Positions 12,978 through 40,200 of a stretch of DNA of 64,000 bases are shown piece after piece (position 1 is the stretch's first letter; each line of letters begins with the position of its first letter). The stretch is from Chrysomallon squamiferum (lineage: Eukaryota; Animalia; Mollusca), in NCBI GenBank assembly GCA_012295275.1, contig CM022673.1, positions 4,216,001 to 4,280,000 of the forward strand, in the 5' to 3' direction. The translations under genes were made by a program, and so were the position numbers. The notes under the pieces were generated by a model, which saw nothing but the letters and a program-made list of their open reading frames with translations, did not search any database and was not told where the DNA came from.

Positions 12978-14014
12978 CAGTCTATTTTTAAGTCTTTCTT
13001 ATTATACAACAATAGTTTTATTAATGTATGTATGTAAATATATATATATTGTTTATTGTTTTTTAAAACAGAGTTTATACAGCAGTGTAATAGTATGTGG
13101 AGGAAATACTTTACTTGGTGGTTTCACAGACAGACTAAACAGAGACCTCAGCTCCAAAACACCACCTGTATGTGGTTTTAAAACTGTTATTTATATTAAA
13201 AAAAAACATATTTTAAAAAATTATTAGTATAATTTTCACATTAACATGGAAAACATACCATAAAACACAATAGTGTTCCTTTAAAATAATTTTAATAAAA
13301 CTCATTTAATTATGATCAGTCAAAAATAATGGTGGCTTCAAGTCAAAGTACATTTTTAAGCCATATTTGTTTGTTTTTTCTCATTGAATTTGTAAGAACT
13401 GATTAATTATATCATATATGATCAAATTATAACCTAGAAGCTATGATAATAACATAAAAGTAATACAGATATTTTCTCATTTGACATCATTAGAGATTAT
13501 TTTCATTTCATATATATATATATCTTATTGAAATAAAAATGAAAAATAAATAGTGGTGAGGTTATTTAAAATGTTTTATTTTTCAGAGTATGAGATTGAA
13601 AATTATCTCAGCTTCAACTTCAGCAGAAAGACGATTCAGTAGCTGGATTGGAGGGTCAATATTGGCTTCACTGGTCAGTTTTACTCGTTTTATTAATAAC
13701 AAAAAAAATAGGAGGGTCACTATTAGGGTCACTATTAGCTTCACTTGTCTATAACCATTTTATTTCTTTTATTAATAATAGTTTTTCTCTTTTTTTTTTA
13801 CGTCTTAATAACTTGTTTAGTATCTATATTTGCAATTTTAATATTCATCAGTGTACTTGTTTGTTTATTTAATAGTTTGATATTGCTGATGAATATATGT
13901 CTGTTGTTTCTTATAATTATATTATATTCCCAGGGTTCATTCCAGCAAATGTGGATATCAAAACAGGAATACGAGGAATCTGGAAAGTCTTGTGTTGACA
14001 GAAAATGTCCGTAA
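6470..14014 (+). CDS. ACTL6A: Actin-like protein 6A/6B (BAF53/Arp4), 14 coding exons, ~426 aa
   Basis: Exons 6470-6494, 6975-7051, 7403-7571, 7872-7972, 8335-8432, 8946-9040, 10403-10509, 10851-10937, 11371-11432, 12049-12163, 12673-12753, 13072-13167, 13587-13673, 13934-14014 join in phase (1281 nt). Protein: [34 protein letters not shown] ... [28 protein letters not shown] ... [37 protein letters not shown]. Confidence 0.97.
8433..8945 (+). other. U12-type (minor spliceosome) GT-AG intron, ACTL6A intron 5
   Basis: 5' splice site GTATCCTTTT. Branch point TTTGCTTAAC at 8926-8935, ~10 nt before the AG. No polypyrimidine tract (aaatataaag). Removal keeps the frame (SA/FANG). Confidence 0.92.
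9414..10193 (+). mobile_element. Tigger/pogo-family DNA transposon deletion derivative, copy 1 (ACTL6A intron 6)
   Basis: TA followed by CAGTGGTACCTCCAACTTACGA terminal repeat. Internal ORF 9734-~9910 ([26 protein letters not shown]...[10 protein letters not shown]) resembles the CENP-B/Tigger N-terminal HTH. Right end is truncated at ...AAACTTGTAAGT. Homologous to 29651-30148. Confidence 0.85.
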
Positions 14015-17000
14015 CAAGGTAATTTTTTATTTGTTGTAGACAGACATTATAACTTTTATAATACCAAAAAAATGTTAAAAAATGTTCTGTTGAATTAAAA
14101 GTAATTATTATATTCATTGTTAATCTGAATTATTGTAATGTTAATGTTTATAGTTCAATAAATAATTCAACAGGCATTTTATGGGAAAAAAATGTTTAAT
14201 CACCGTTCATATAAAATAATATAAAAATATATTCATATTTTGTCAGATAAAATGTTACATATCGAATGTCATGTGTGTATTTAATATTAAATTCGTTTTC
14301 TCACGAAAACTGTTTAATTCTTCTTCATTTCAGAACAAAAACCCCAAAATGTCAACTGACACAGAGGAAAAGTTATCTGAAGAACTGCAAGAATTTTTAT
14401 GAAAGTTCAAACAGACATGAATCAAAGTTAGAAAACAATAATACAACAGAATGAACAAATTAAATATTTGTATAACAACACAAAGACTTTATAACAACTG
14501 CCAAAAAGTCCATCTGTAGATTTACTAGGATAAGAGACAGATCTATATGAATTCAACCATGATGATTTTTTTTTTTTTGATACCGCACAAAATGGAAATT
14601 TGCCAATTTACAGACAATTTATATTAGAACAGTTAAACCTTTCATTGAATCATTCATCCATTAAAAAAAAAAAATTGTTATTCTTGTTTTTGTTTAAATA
14701 TTTTAGTGTTTTGATAGTTCCAGATTCATCAAATAGAATAGACAAATAAAATAATGATGAAAATTGACTAAAAGATAAAGAATATTTCTGAAATATTTTA
14801 TTTCTTTATCAAACAGGTTTCCGTAAAATAAAATAATAATTATGTATGTTTAGCAAGAATTATATATGCAGTGATGAAGCCATTGTTTAAGGATAAATGA
14901 TTCAGAAATATCTGCCAAGTTTGTTTTGTGTTTAGTTTTGGGGTTTTTAATAGTCTTGATTATTATTATTATTTGTTTTGTTATTTGTTAGTCTTTTCTT
15001 TTTTTTTTCTTTCTTTTTTTCTTTAAATAATATCATATTATATCATGTCATAAAATAAAATACAATAAAATAAAATATTGTATTTTCAACTCACGTTTTT
15101 TTATATTTGTACGCACTAAACAATATCTGTTATTAAAAAAAAAAAAAAAAAAAAAATCTATAACTAGCTTTACGGAAATCAAGGCTACTGAAAACATAAT
15201 CAGACTAAAATACCATTATTTTACACGAACAGTAACATGTAGAATCAGACCTTTTTGATCCACACTTTGAGCTCTTTCGTATTCTAGACATTAAATCAAA
15301 CCATTTTTTTCAGTGGTCGCCGCTTATGCTGTTATTTTTGTTAGGCGATATAAAACGTTCACTGATGCTATTCAGTAACAGTAACTCTTGGGAGTAGTAA
15401 CAATTGATTTCGTATCCGGGTTTGTTTTTAAAGTTTAACATAAAAGAATATCGCGGTAATGGTAGAAGGAATCACGTTTAGTACCAAATACATCGTGTGA
15501 TACTTATTATTATTATAAACAAAAATTATTTTATAGCAATTATTCATTTCAGAAAAGTAGGGCAGTCGTCTGTGTATGTTAATTCTGAAATATTCTGAAC
15601 ATAAATAATAATAGTAACGATTATGAGCATAATAATAATAGTAATGAATTTAATAATTTAAAAAAGATTTATAATGATTAGCATTGTGATGATAATGAAT
15701 TCGAGATGTAATTAATACTTCTACTGATAAAAAAAAAAAATATATGATTATATGATTATTAAAGTGATTAATTTATCTGTACATTCTACAAGGATAACTA
15801 TTTGTATTTTATTCTCTGGTTGTTTTGTTTTTTTAGATAATATGTTTTAAGTGTTTGTTATCTCTCTCTCATGTCTAGACCTTTATCATCCTGTAATCTT
15901 ATGTTTTTATTACTATTGTGCTATTACAGCTACTACTAAAATTACTATTGTCTTCATCATCATTATTATTAGACCATACATTATCGGTCAACATTCATGT
16001 TTAATGGATTAAAAATTTGCTATAAATTCGAGAATTTACTGACAAATATTGTTTACTACATGTATGAAAATTTCATTTTTTCATAATGTAAATATTTTGA
16101 ACCTACTTTAGATCCGGTTCACTAAACCCCTTCCACTGTATCAGTCATTATTGACACTTCTTGAATGCTTTCATATCATTGGTAAATTATCATTGTTTAC
16201 GAGAATGGGCTCTTAATTTTATTCAAGCAATTTTTTTTTACATAAAATAAACAAAATTATCTTTATTTTCTAACTTAGGCTCGCTTGACTTGGCAGCAAC
16301 AAAACTTTAATTTATCCAAAAATGTCCTTGCGGATAAATCTCAAGATAATTTATTGTGCATACAAATTTTCATAGTTGCCCACGTTAATATAATGTATGT
16401 AAAACGTGAGCTGTTGTTATATATAGCTGCAAAACCTGGATTGAAAAAAAAAAAACGATTTCATTCTTGCCAAATCAGAGATGAGCAGATTAGCCCTTTA
16501 AGCATGTTATACTTCAATTTCAGATTTCAGATTTCAGCGACATTGTCCACTGAATATATTAGTGAAATGATAACTATGTTCATATTTAACAGCAGTCCAT
16601 AAGGAATGCGATGACGAAACGACCTTGGTTAGGAAAGGATAACGCAACGACGTTCACATATTTTGTAGCAGGATTATTTTTATGGTCATCTTATGTTACG
16701 AGCTATTGTAGGTCGCGCAAAACAACAACAAAAAAAATGTAACTTAGAAGAATAAATAAATTTAAACACCATTTATAGTTATATCACTTTAAACCAGTTA
16801 TATCGTTCATTTGTTCAAATAGAACTCTCTTTCGTTAGTTCATACAATGTGGAGGCTTATGTTAAATGCATTATTGAGATATCAATATGTAAAGGACTTT
16901 GATGTGGATAATAATAACATACTATAGTCCGTCATTAATAACAAAAGAAGTTCGAGTGAGCGTGCCCTTTGTAAATATCTGAGACTTAAGTAAGATCAAA

Positions 17001-17540
17001 AGTAACTTGAATAATACAACGTTAAACAAAACGTCAATGACCAAAGTTAAAAGATGGACAACTAATTTTTTATTATTATTATTTTTTTTTTTTTTGGATG
17101 AGTACATTTCCTAGTGCAAGATATTTAACGTTCATACTTCATACTTTATTGTTAGCAAAGAGTGGTCTGCAGTTTATAAAATTTATCCAGACTATTTCTT
17201 CATAAAACTATCATTGTCATCATCACAGTCATCGCCATCATTATCATCTTCAAAAATTCATCTGCTTCGGCATCATCTTCAACAAATCTTTCATTGTCAG
17301 ATTCTTCTTCGTCGTCTTTTTAAACAGAAATCTGAGGTAAACAATGTTAAATTTGATTTACGTAATACACGCAAAGAAAAACAGAAATGCCCATGGAAAT
17401 ATATGTGCAGACAGACGGACTCAAATATTTATAATTATCTGATGGAACTGATCAATGTATTCTTTTTACTTTTATTATGTATTTCTTAATTTTTTTATTA
17501 TATATATATATATATTTTTTTTTATTTGTTGGGGGGGTTC

Positions 17541-17623
<83 letters not shown>

Positions 17624-17788
17624 TATTATTATTATTATTTTATTAATTATTTTTTTTATTTTTTTTTTTTTTTTTATACACAGATATGTCCATAAAGGTT
17701 ACGTAATAGAATAGCTGATAGTACTAAATAATTGTTTACCTTTGGTACAAAAAACAAAAACAGAGATAAAACAAACAAAAAACTGTAT

Positions 17789-17835
<47 letters not shown>

Positions 17836-20212
17836 GATATCTAAATTACCAGAAACTGATTCAACTGATGAGTTTTGAGACCGATGCCAGGGGAATGTCA
17901 TGATCTTTTACATCATATCAAGAAGCATTTATCTAATATATTAATCTACATTTATAACACGAAACTAAATAAATTATGGATTGTTATGTAAGCATTGGCC
18001 TTTGTACATTTGTCTTTGTTTTCACGATAAGTGATACAAATACAAATATGTTTAATAGTTTATATGGATATATTTTCATTTCGTCTGTTATCTTTTTCTA
18101 TCATACATGTATTCGTTCGCTCTTCAACCTCTTCTTGATATTGTTTTTTGTGTGTGTGTGTGTGAATGTGTGAAACTTGTACGTCTTCTTCATCATCATC
18201 ATTAGTAGTAGTAGCTGTAGTAGTAGTTGTTGTTGTAATGGCAGTATTACTAGTTGTCGTAGTAATGGTATTATTATTATATTCATTAGTAGCAGTAGTT
18301 GTTGTTCTTGCTGCTGTTGTTGTTGTATTGCTTGTCCTAATAATATTAGTATTAGTAGAATTATCGTTATCATCATTAAACCACGTATTTCGCGTATAAA
18401 TTAATCATGTTAAGTCTCAAGGTTGCTGACAGATGATCTGAGACTAATGTGTGGGTACTTCTACAAGAGTAATCAAACAGTACGTCAATGCACACAACAT
18501 TCGCAATTAATTGATGTGTACTCACGTCTGATGTAGAGATTAGTCCAGACAGCCAAATCTAGGCACGATTTGTTATTAAATATGTCTCTTTGTATAATAC
18601 TGCTGACCAGAAGTCACACGCTTTATGTCATGGGGTCTGTTTTTAGTAGGTAAGATCATATAGAATAACAGTTTAATAACCCGTTTATTAAACAGTACAG
18701 CAAACTTCACCGTAATGAATGCAATTTAAATAATTTCTTAACCACGATTATATAACTATATTGATGTTTATATTTCTGACAAAAATATGTATGTATGTAT
18801 GTATGAATGTTTCTATGTATATATATGTATGTATGTATGTATGTATGCGTGTATGTATGTATGTTTCTATGTATATATGTATATATGTATGTATGTATGT
18901 ATATGTATGTATGTGTTCGTACGTTAGTGTGTTTGTAAAAGAAAATGAAGTTGAATGCAGATTTTGTAGCATTTTGGAAATATCATCTAGTGAAAAAGAC
19001 TTTGAAAATAAAGGTAAAACACACATACATAAACAGGCATAAACATACAGTCTTACACACACAAACACAGTCCAGTCATATATATATAAATACATATATA
19101 TATATAAACACAAAGACACATGCATACATACACATACATAACATACAATTTATTAAATACAAACAAGTTCGTTGTCAAATTCATCCCAGAACCATTTTGC
19201 AGTAAAGCGACTTTTTTAATTCGCGACAACAATATCTTTGCAAGGCAAACATTAACATTCCGTTTTGTATCGTCCGTTACTGAGCCACACTTTTTTTTTT
19301 AAATGTTGTTTCAGTGGCAGAAGGATATCCAGATAGCGGGTGAATGGATGACATACACGTTCGAGACTCTTCAGCGGTATCTGACGTTTGAGTACTTCAT
19401 AACTGGTATACCCGAATATCGTTCATATGCAGTCTACTCATACGTTCATCAGATAGCAACATTCATTGCTAAATACATACGTACATACATACATACATGT
19501 TTATACATTTAAAATATTCTTGTACTGAATCTTATAATTTTATGTAAAATATTGAAATAAATAAATAAACAGTATTAAAGCAGATACTATGTGCAGATCA
19601 TAAACACACACATAAGATGCTGAATGTGCGACCTAGCCCAAGATAATGTTCGAACACACGAGGTACGTGATGCCCATGCTTGTCCGTCTTCATTTTATTA
19701 TAGAAATTATTACTTTAGTAAATACAGAATATTACTGTCTGAGATTTATTCATAGTATAATTACAAATCCTAATACGTTCTCATTATTGTTTTTCTGTTG
19801 ATGGTTTTTTTTTTTGTTGTTTTTTTTTGACTTAAAAACAGTGTTGTTGTTGTTGCTGCTGTTGTTGCTGTTATTATTGCTATTATTATTATGAGTGGTG
19901 GAGGTGGTGTTTCAATGTATTTCTGTTATAAATAAAATATTTATTTAGAAAAAAGACACCATAATGATGTTTAAGAAAAATCTCTCAAGGAAAGAAGAAT
20001 ATACAAATGCTGATGTGTACATGCTTTTGCATATGAATAATCAAATCTTTAATATATTCTTACAATTTTTTTACTGAAATGAATGATTATTGTAGTATAA
20101 ATAACAGAGAACTGAAAAGATAATACGTTTAATGCAGTTTTATTGCAATTGTGAGTTTTAGTGAATACAAAATTACTCAGATAATGGAAAATATATTAAA
20201 AGAAAAAAAAAA

Positions 20213-20266
<54 letters not shown>

Positions 20267-21377
20267 AATAAATAAATAAATAAATTTTCTTTATTTACTG
20301 TTATTATTAATTTTACATACATATATATAGAGACACACACACTAAACTATAGAAAATATAAATGAAAAAAAAAGAGACTAGAAACGTCAAATTACAGGTG
20401 ATTGTATACGCTTAACAAATCTTTATATACGTGTACAAATATATAATCACTGATATTTGGAGAACTACTCTTCGTTAGTATTTAAAAAAATGAATAAAAC
20501 TATAAATAATTATGCAGTATTAAAACCAATGCACAACCTATGTCATCCAAAAAGTATATACCGTTATTATTATGCAGTAAGAGTTAACATTGAACGGAAT
20601 GTTAGTTTTTTCCTTGCGAAGATATTTTTTGTCGCGAATTAAAGAAGTCGTTTTACTGGAAATTGTTCTGGAATGAACTCGACTTCTTTATTCTTGTCCA
20701 TAACCAAATTGTTACAATTTCTAGCCAGTAAAACGTATGTCCGGCTATGTTAAGAAATAATGACCCGTCAAGCCAATAATATTGGTGAAATTATTTTATT
20801 CCCTGAAGTCCACTCAGATTTAGTAATAAAATGTCCGAGGCTTCTGAGGTTGTTTTTTCACTTGTTTGTTTATGTGGTTTCTTCCCTGCTGTTTTTTTTT
20901 TTTATTATTTTTTTTTATTTTACAGTATTTTATTTTATTTTGTTTTATTATTTATTTATTTTTTTAAACCAAAAATTATTACAACTAGTTAAAGAGGATG
21001 GAATCAAGTAAACGTTTTGGACAATGGTTCTTGTTTTCGAGTTTATTCTGTAGACGCGTTAAACTACAACCAGTGTAAAATAAACAATTAGTATTTAGAC
21101 CAAAGTACACAAAACGAGTTAACTCTTTGGACCACTTTTTAAAACTGTGAACATTGTCAAATGTAGATCACTTCTTTTCTGACAGTTGTAGAACTGGACA
21201 AAACAAAATATAATTATTAGTAAAAATAAATGAAACAAAATGTGTAAATATATTATTATATGAACCCGTCGCTAAATTATAGTATTATTTTTTAGGATAA
21301 TTTCTGAAGCCTAATAATGTTAATCTGCTACAAATATATACGTAAAATATTATAAACACAACCATAAACAACTCAGG

Positions 21378-21428
<51 letters not shown>

Positions 21429-22087
21429 GTGATGATGATGATGATGATGATGATAAAAGTTACAAAAAGAAATGTTACAATATTTATCAAGTATTGGATG
21501 GTTATACAAAAACGCACACACACTCTCTCTGACAGATTTGGAATGGGATGTTAATAATGGCAGATATTATACAAAAATCTAATGGTTAAAGGTTATAGTA
21601 ATGGCAGTTTAATAACCCCCTTTATGATTTATTACCAAAATGTTTTGGAAAAACTTTTAACATATGTATGCACATTTAATTTCTTTAACACTAAACAATA
21701 TAATATTGATATGTTTCAAATTAATTTCCAATAATCAGTTTATTTATTTATTTATTTGTTTATTTATTTATTTGCGTATTTATTTACAAATGTTCGAGAA
21801 AATTATAAAAATAAAAAATATATATATGTATATATATATAGATATATATAAAAATAGATTTCTGTCCACGTTCACTTAATCACCCATTCCAACATTTAAA
21901 ATGTTTCCACAGGTACTTATAACACAATCATTTCATTACGAAACTTGTCGTGTGTACAAGTGGCTCTCTTTTCTCAACCTAAACACTAAAGCCTTTCAGA
22001 GTGGGCTTCGTTACAGCGACAACGGCATGTTCAACACTTTGAGTTCATGATTTGTTTTTGCGGTGTTGACTGGATTCCACAATAATC

Positions 22088-35525
<13,438 letters not shown>

Positions 35526-36972
35526 GTTTGAGAAACCAGCTAGACACCTGGACGTCAACCTCGTGGATGTTTACAACTAACTGTTGTCTGATACGTCTCA
35601 ACCTGAGTGTTTAAGCTTGCAAACGCTGACGCATTATGACGAGAAGAGGTCATAGAGGGATAAGGATTGTGTACGCCCCCCTCTCCCCCCAGACCATTGC
35701 AACTGGATACCCACCCGAGAATATAGTAAAGTTATTTTGTTTCAGTTGACCTTGCTATCAATATCAATGAGCTTTGTCGTGCTTGACCGAGTGTTTGGAC
35801 ATTACTTTTTACAAATTTGAGGATCTTCAATGATTTACTCAAGCGTGTATTCTATAGTCCTATCAGTACAATTAGCATACTGACTAATAAAAATAGATTT
35901 TCCAGGTCCAGACAAATGGTGAGGACAAGTGTTGTCTTTCAGTCTTTTTTTCTCTCTCTCTCATTAAATGTTCCACCGGAAAATTAAGCCTCTTCTCCTT
36001 CTTGAATTTGCATATGTCAAAGTTAGCTGAAGTTCAACGATGACGGTCTAAAAATGGACTTTACGGCGTCACCCATATCTTTTAGATCTTTTCCTAGGCT
36101 CGAGGTATTGTAACTTAACAATGAACTAACATCCAAACAAAACGTGATCGAGAGGATAAAAAAAATAATAATAATATACTGGATAAATATGTATATCTCG
36201 GTGGTCATACCTTTGTGATCAATGACCTTTATGAACGATACGATCTGATAAACACTCACACGACAGCGACAACGTATACGTACTCTGACGTAGATGTCAG
36301 CATGTGTGTGTGTTTTTGTACAATTGGTGTAACCGGCAGCACGTTCTGATGCAATAAGTTTGCGTCGAGGGTAAAAATAGAGCGAAAGAAAGAGCGGAAG
36401 CTAGACACAAGTTACTAAATAGGGCACAGTGGGATGAAAATCTTTCACGGTAGCTGCAGTCATTGACACGTTTGTTATTCTGGGTTTGTTTTTTTGTTTT
36501 TGTTTTTTCCCTTCTTGTTTTACACAGAACACACGGTATGATTAAACTAGATAAAGTCTACGCATAAACAGCGTAATAAATCGATAAACCAGTGTGGGAG
36601 TTTTGGGTTGTCTGCGCATGTGTGACTGTGGTAAATTAACGTTAATGTAGTATATCTTATACAGATAATCGGGGGCGAATCAGAAAATTTCAGAAAATGG
36701 GTACGCTTCATCGCTCTTACTGTCACAACTTTATTTAATGCGTTTTTTCATTATAAATAAATTAACATCAGTTATATATAAAGCGATATAACAGTATCAA
36801 TGTTTTCAGTTCGTGTTAAATAAAACATTTCTTCTTTTTTCATGGAATTATTTTCTTTTCGTAGTGAATATTATTGTAAGCTTTGGGTGTTTTCAAAACG
36901 CGTTTTAAAACATTTCGTCAACAGTAAGAATCCCATTTTATCAGGTTACTTGCTATTTCAGCTGCTAGTATA

Positions 36973-37207
36973 CAGGGTGTCCACAAAGTCTGGGTACATG
37001 GGGAATTTTACTATGCTATTTATTTATGTTATTTTTCTTACCCAGATCGAATGATGGCTCTGTCTAAAGAAGAAAGAATCGAGTTGGTACTCTTAAGTGG
37101 ACGAGAAGGATGGTCTTATCGCAAAATTGCAGAAGAATTCAACCTTAGACACCCTAAAAGATAACCTATTTATTTTACTTATGTACCTAGACTTTGTGGA
37201 CACCCTG
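36973..37207 (+). mobile_element. Tc1/mariner-superfamily MITE (235 bp)
   Basis: 27-bp TIR CAGGGTGTCCACAAAGTCT(G/A)GGTACAT with 1 mismatch, TA on both sides. Internal 37051-37164 mini-ORF MMALSKEERIELVLLSGREGWSYRKIAEEFNLRHPKR* is a transposase N-terminal HTH remnant. Confidence 0.92.
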
Positions 37208-40200
37208 TATAATCAAAAATAGATTTAGGTATAATTATTAGTACCCAGTGTTTACAAGTTTCTGTACATTTTAATTACATTCAAAGTTTTACATTACCCC
37301 CTCCTGTAATGTAAATTATTCATTATTTCAGTATGTGGAACAAAATAAAACAAAATAAAATAAAATAAAATAATAATAACAGTAAATAACTAACAAAACA
37401 AATGGAACCAAAGAAACGGACCATACAATTTCAAATAGCTTTTTATTATGGCAAATATTGTTTTCCTTTTTTTTTTTTTACCTCAGTTATTATGATTACA
37501 GAAATAAATTTAACAAACTTAAAAAATGATGAAATGCTTTCTATAATGTCTGATTTTCTTTAAAAATACAGCTATAATAATAACAATAATAATATAAACA
37601 TTTAAAAATATACTAAGCCCAAAATGACCATTTCAGACATGCCCATAAATGAATAGACACCATAAAAAATACACTGATGGTTACATATTCACGTATATTA
37701 AACAACTTTCATCACACACAATTCATCAACAACAAAACATGAAGAATAAAATAAAATTAAAAAGCTGGATCCCTCATGCAACAATATATTTTGTGCAAAT
37801 AAAAGCAAAATGCTTAACCGAATTTATAACTATAACAAATTCATTAAAGATTTCTGTGTAAATACAAGTCTTAAACAATTTCAGAGAAATCAAATGAACA
37901 AATTTGAAAGTAAAGTATAAGATTAATAACAAACTTGTGATATGGGTAACTGTGTTGTTGTTGCTGTTACAAATTATTTGGTCTTCAAAATACTATGTTT
38001 GAGTTGGGTTCTGAACATTTTAGGATTTATACAAAACAGAACACTGGGTCAGTTGATCAACATTTGATTCATATTCCATGGAGTGCGAACATAAACCAAG
38101 CAGAATAAATAAAAAATAAAAATAAAGCACAAAGAAAACAGAAATATTAAACAAAAGTGAGATGAGTTACTTTGGCATTATCAGTGATTTAATACTTTGG
38201 TTATAACAATATGTTTATTGACACTTCTTATCTTAATTTCTAAACACACTTCATGATCAACAAATGTAAATAACCAGCCAAAATCTCCATCTATTTCATG
38301 TAGATGTATAAAAATCAAAGAAAATACCTATATATATCTTATTGGTTTATAAACAATGTAAGTTTATATAAATTCATTTTGTGTACTTCCAAATTACTGT
38401 TATTGCCTTGCTGCTGTTTTTAACAAATGAACTTATGAAGTATGAATTATTAATATAACATTTATGCACTGATGCCGATAATTATGTAATTTTGTATGTA
38501 AAAAAAAAAAAAAAAAATAATAATAATAACAATAAAAAATTTACATTAAAAATACAAATTAAATTTATTTTAAAACAATGCTCGACTTAGAAACCGAAAT
38601 AAGAATTATGCAATGAATGATGTACTCAATCTGTCTAGATATTTTTCGTTTCTTGGAACAGGAGGACATAATTTTAAAAAACCAACATCAACATCTATTT
38701 ATCATCGTGTTGTATTTTATTATCTTCAAAGGATGATGTCAACAAACAGTAATTTGGAAGATTAAAAATATTGATAACATCAGACTGTAGCTCTGAAAAT
38801 TTACTATGAATAATTTTTAAAAAATATCCACAAGGGTTAGAGTATCAATAACAGGCTACATTAAACTAAAAATAGTAAACCCCAGTAGTTTTCAAATGCA
38901 CCAGTTTAATACCGATTCCTAAAGTTGTTTTTGTACATACAATTGGAAAATTCAAATAAATACATTTTTAAAAATTCAGACTACATATTTTTTCAATGAA
39001 TATCAAACATACACACACACAAAAAAAAAAAAAAAGTTTTGTTTTAAAAGTAATCAAAATAGCCAGCCACAACAAACAAAACATCTTATTTTCAATTCGC
39101 CATACAAAATAAAATAACTGTATTCCGATATTTTGTCATTGTTACATACATTTAAAAAAAACTATTTTCACATATTTATTCATTAACTTACTTTAATTTT
39201 GAATTAAATGAGACAGTATAATGAAAAGATTGTGCAAAATATTAAAATATTTTTATGTTTGTAATATACATAAATAAATTAATAACAACAGTATTACTAT
39301 TTAAGTATTATATAAATATGAATGTGATATTCTTGACATAATGTAAAATTGCTTTCTTACATTAGAACTCTAAATATAATTAATTATACAAAGAAATCTT
39401 TCTAAAAAGTATATTTAGTAAGAAATAATAATAATAAAAAATATAATTTAATAAAATCACCGATCTAACCGAGACAGCTAATTTACTTTGACTAGAAATT
39501 AAAAATGTACACCTCATCATCATCAATGTAACAAATTCTACTAACCGTAGAAATAAATTACAAACAATCAATCATAATCATCATCATTTCAACAATCATT
39601 GTAAATATATTAATGTGTTTCTCTGTATATTCACCAAAAACATTATTTTTAAACATATAAAAAATTTTGCATATAATTTCCAGAATCAAACATAAATTAG
39701 TATAAACTAAAAAAAAAAAAATTAAAAAAAAAAATTAAAGGTTTTGTAAGAGAAAACCGTTTTCTTCAAATAAGTAAGGTGTTAAAATCCTGTCATATTT
39801 ATTAAAAAATTAAAACATGATAGCACTAATTTGTATAATTAAATTGTTTATCTGTTGCATACAGTAATAGTGTATTGGAATTCATATATAAAGTGTATAC
39901 ATGCAATGATATAAAATAATTCTATGGTTACATGATAGATTTAAAGACACAAATTAAAAAATATATCTAATATATCCTGCTGCGTTTCATACTATCACAT
40001 TATTTATGAAAAAATGAAAATTAATTTCTAAACACATTTTTCCTTCTTTTTTTTTTTTTTATCTGTTTGGCCCATTTCATCATCAAAAAAACAAAAACAA
40101 ACAAAAAAAAAAGACCTGAAGCACTGTTATTAATTTTTAAAAATACCATTAAAAAGAGCATTTTTAAAGGATCAATTCTGAGACACATGGTTATACAAAC

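Noticed and set aside
18412-18448. Hairpin AGTCTCA...TGAGACT as a pre-miRNA
   Set aside because: About 38 nt, too short; such hairpins are expected by chance.
19345-19385. Minimal hammerhead ribozyme on minus (CTGAAGAGTCTCGAACG); similar CTGATGAG at ~17865
   Set aside because: Lacks the GAAA core and stem I pairing.
35526-35558. N-terminal extension MTSRCLAGFSN of ZIP-A in the ORF track
   Set aside because: Starts at a non-ATG codon; the ATG at 35525 directly precedes the signal peptide.
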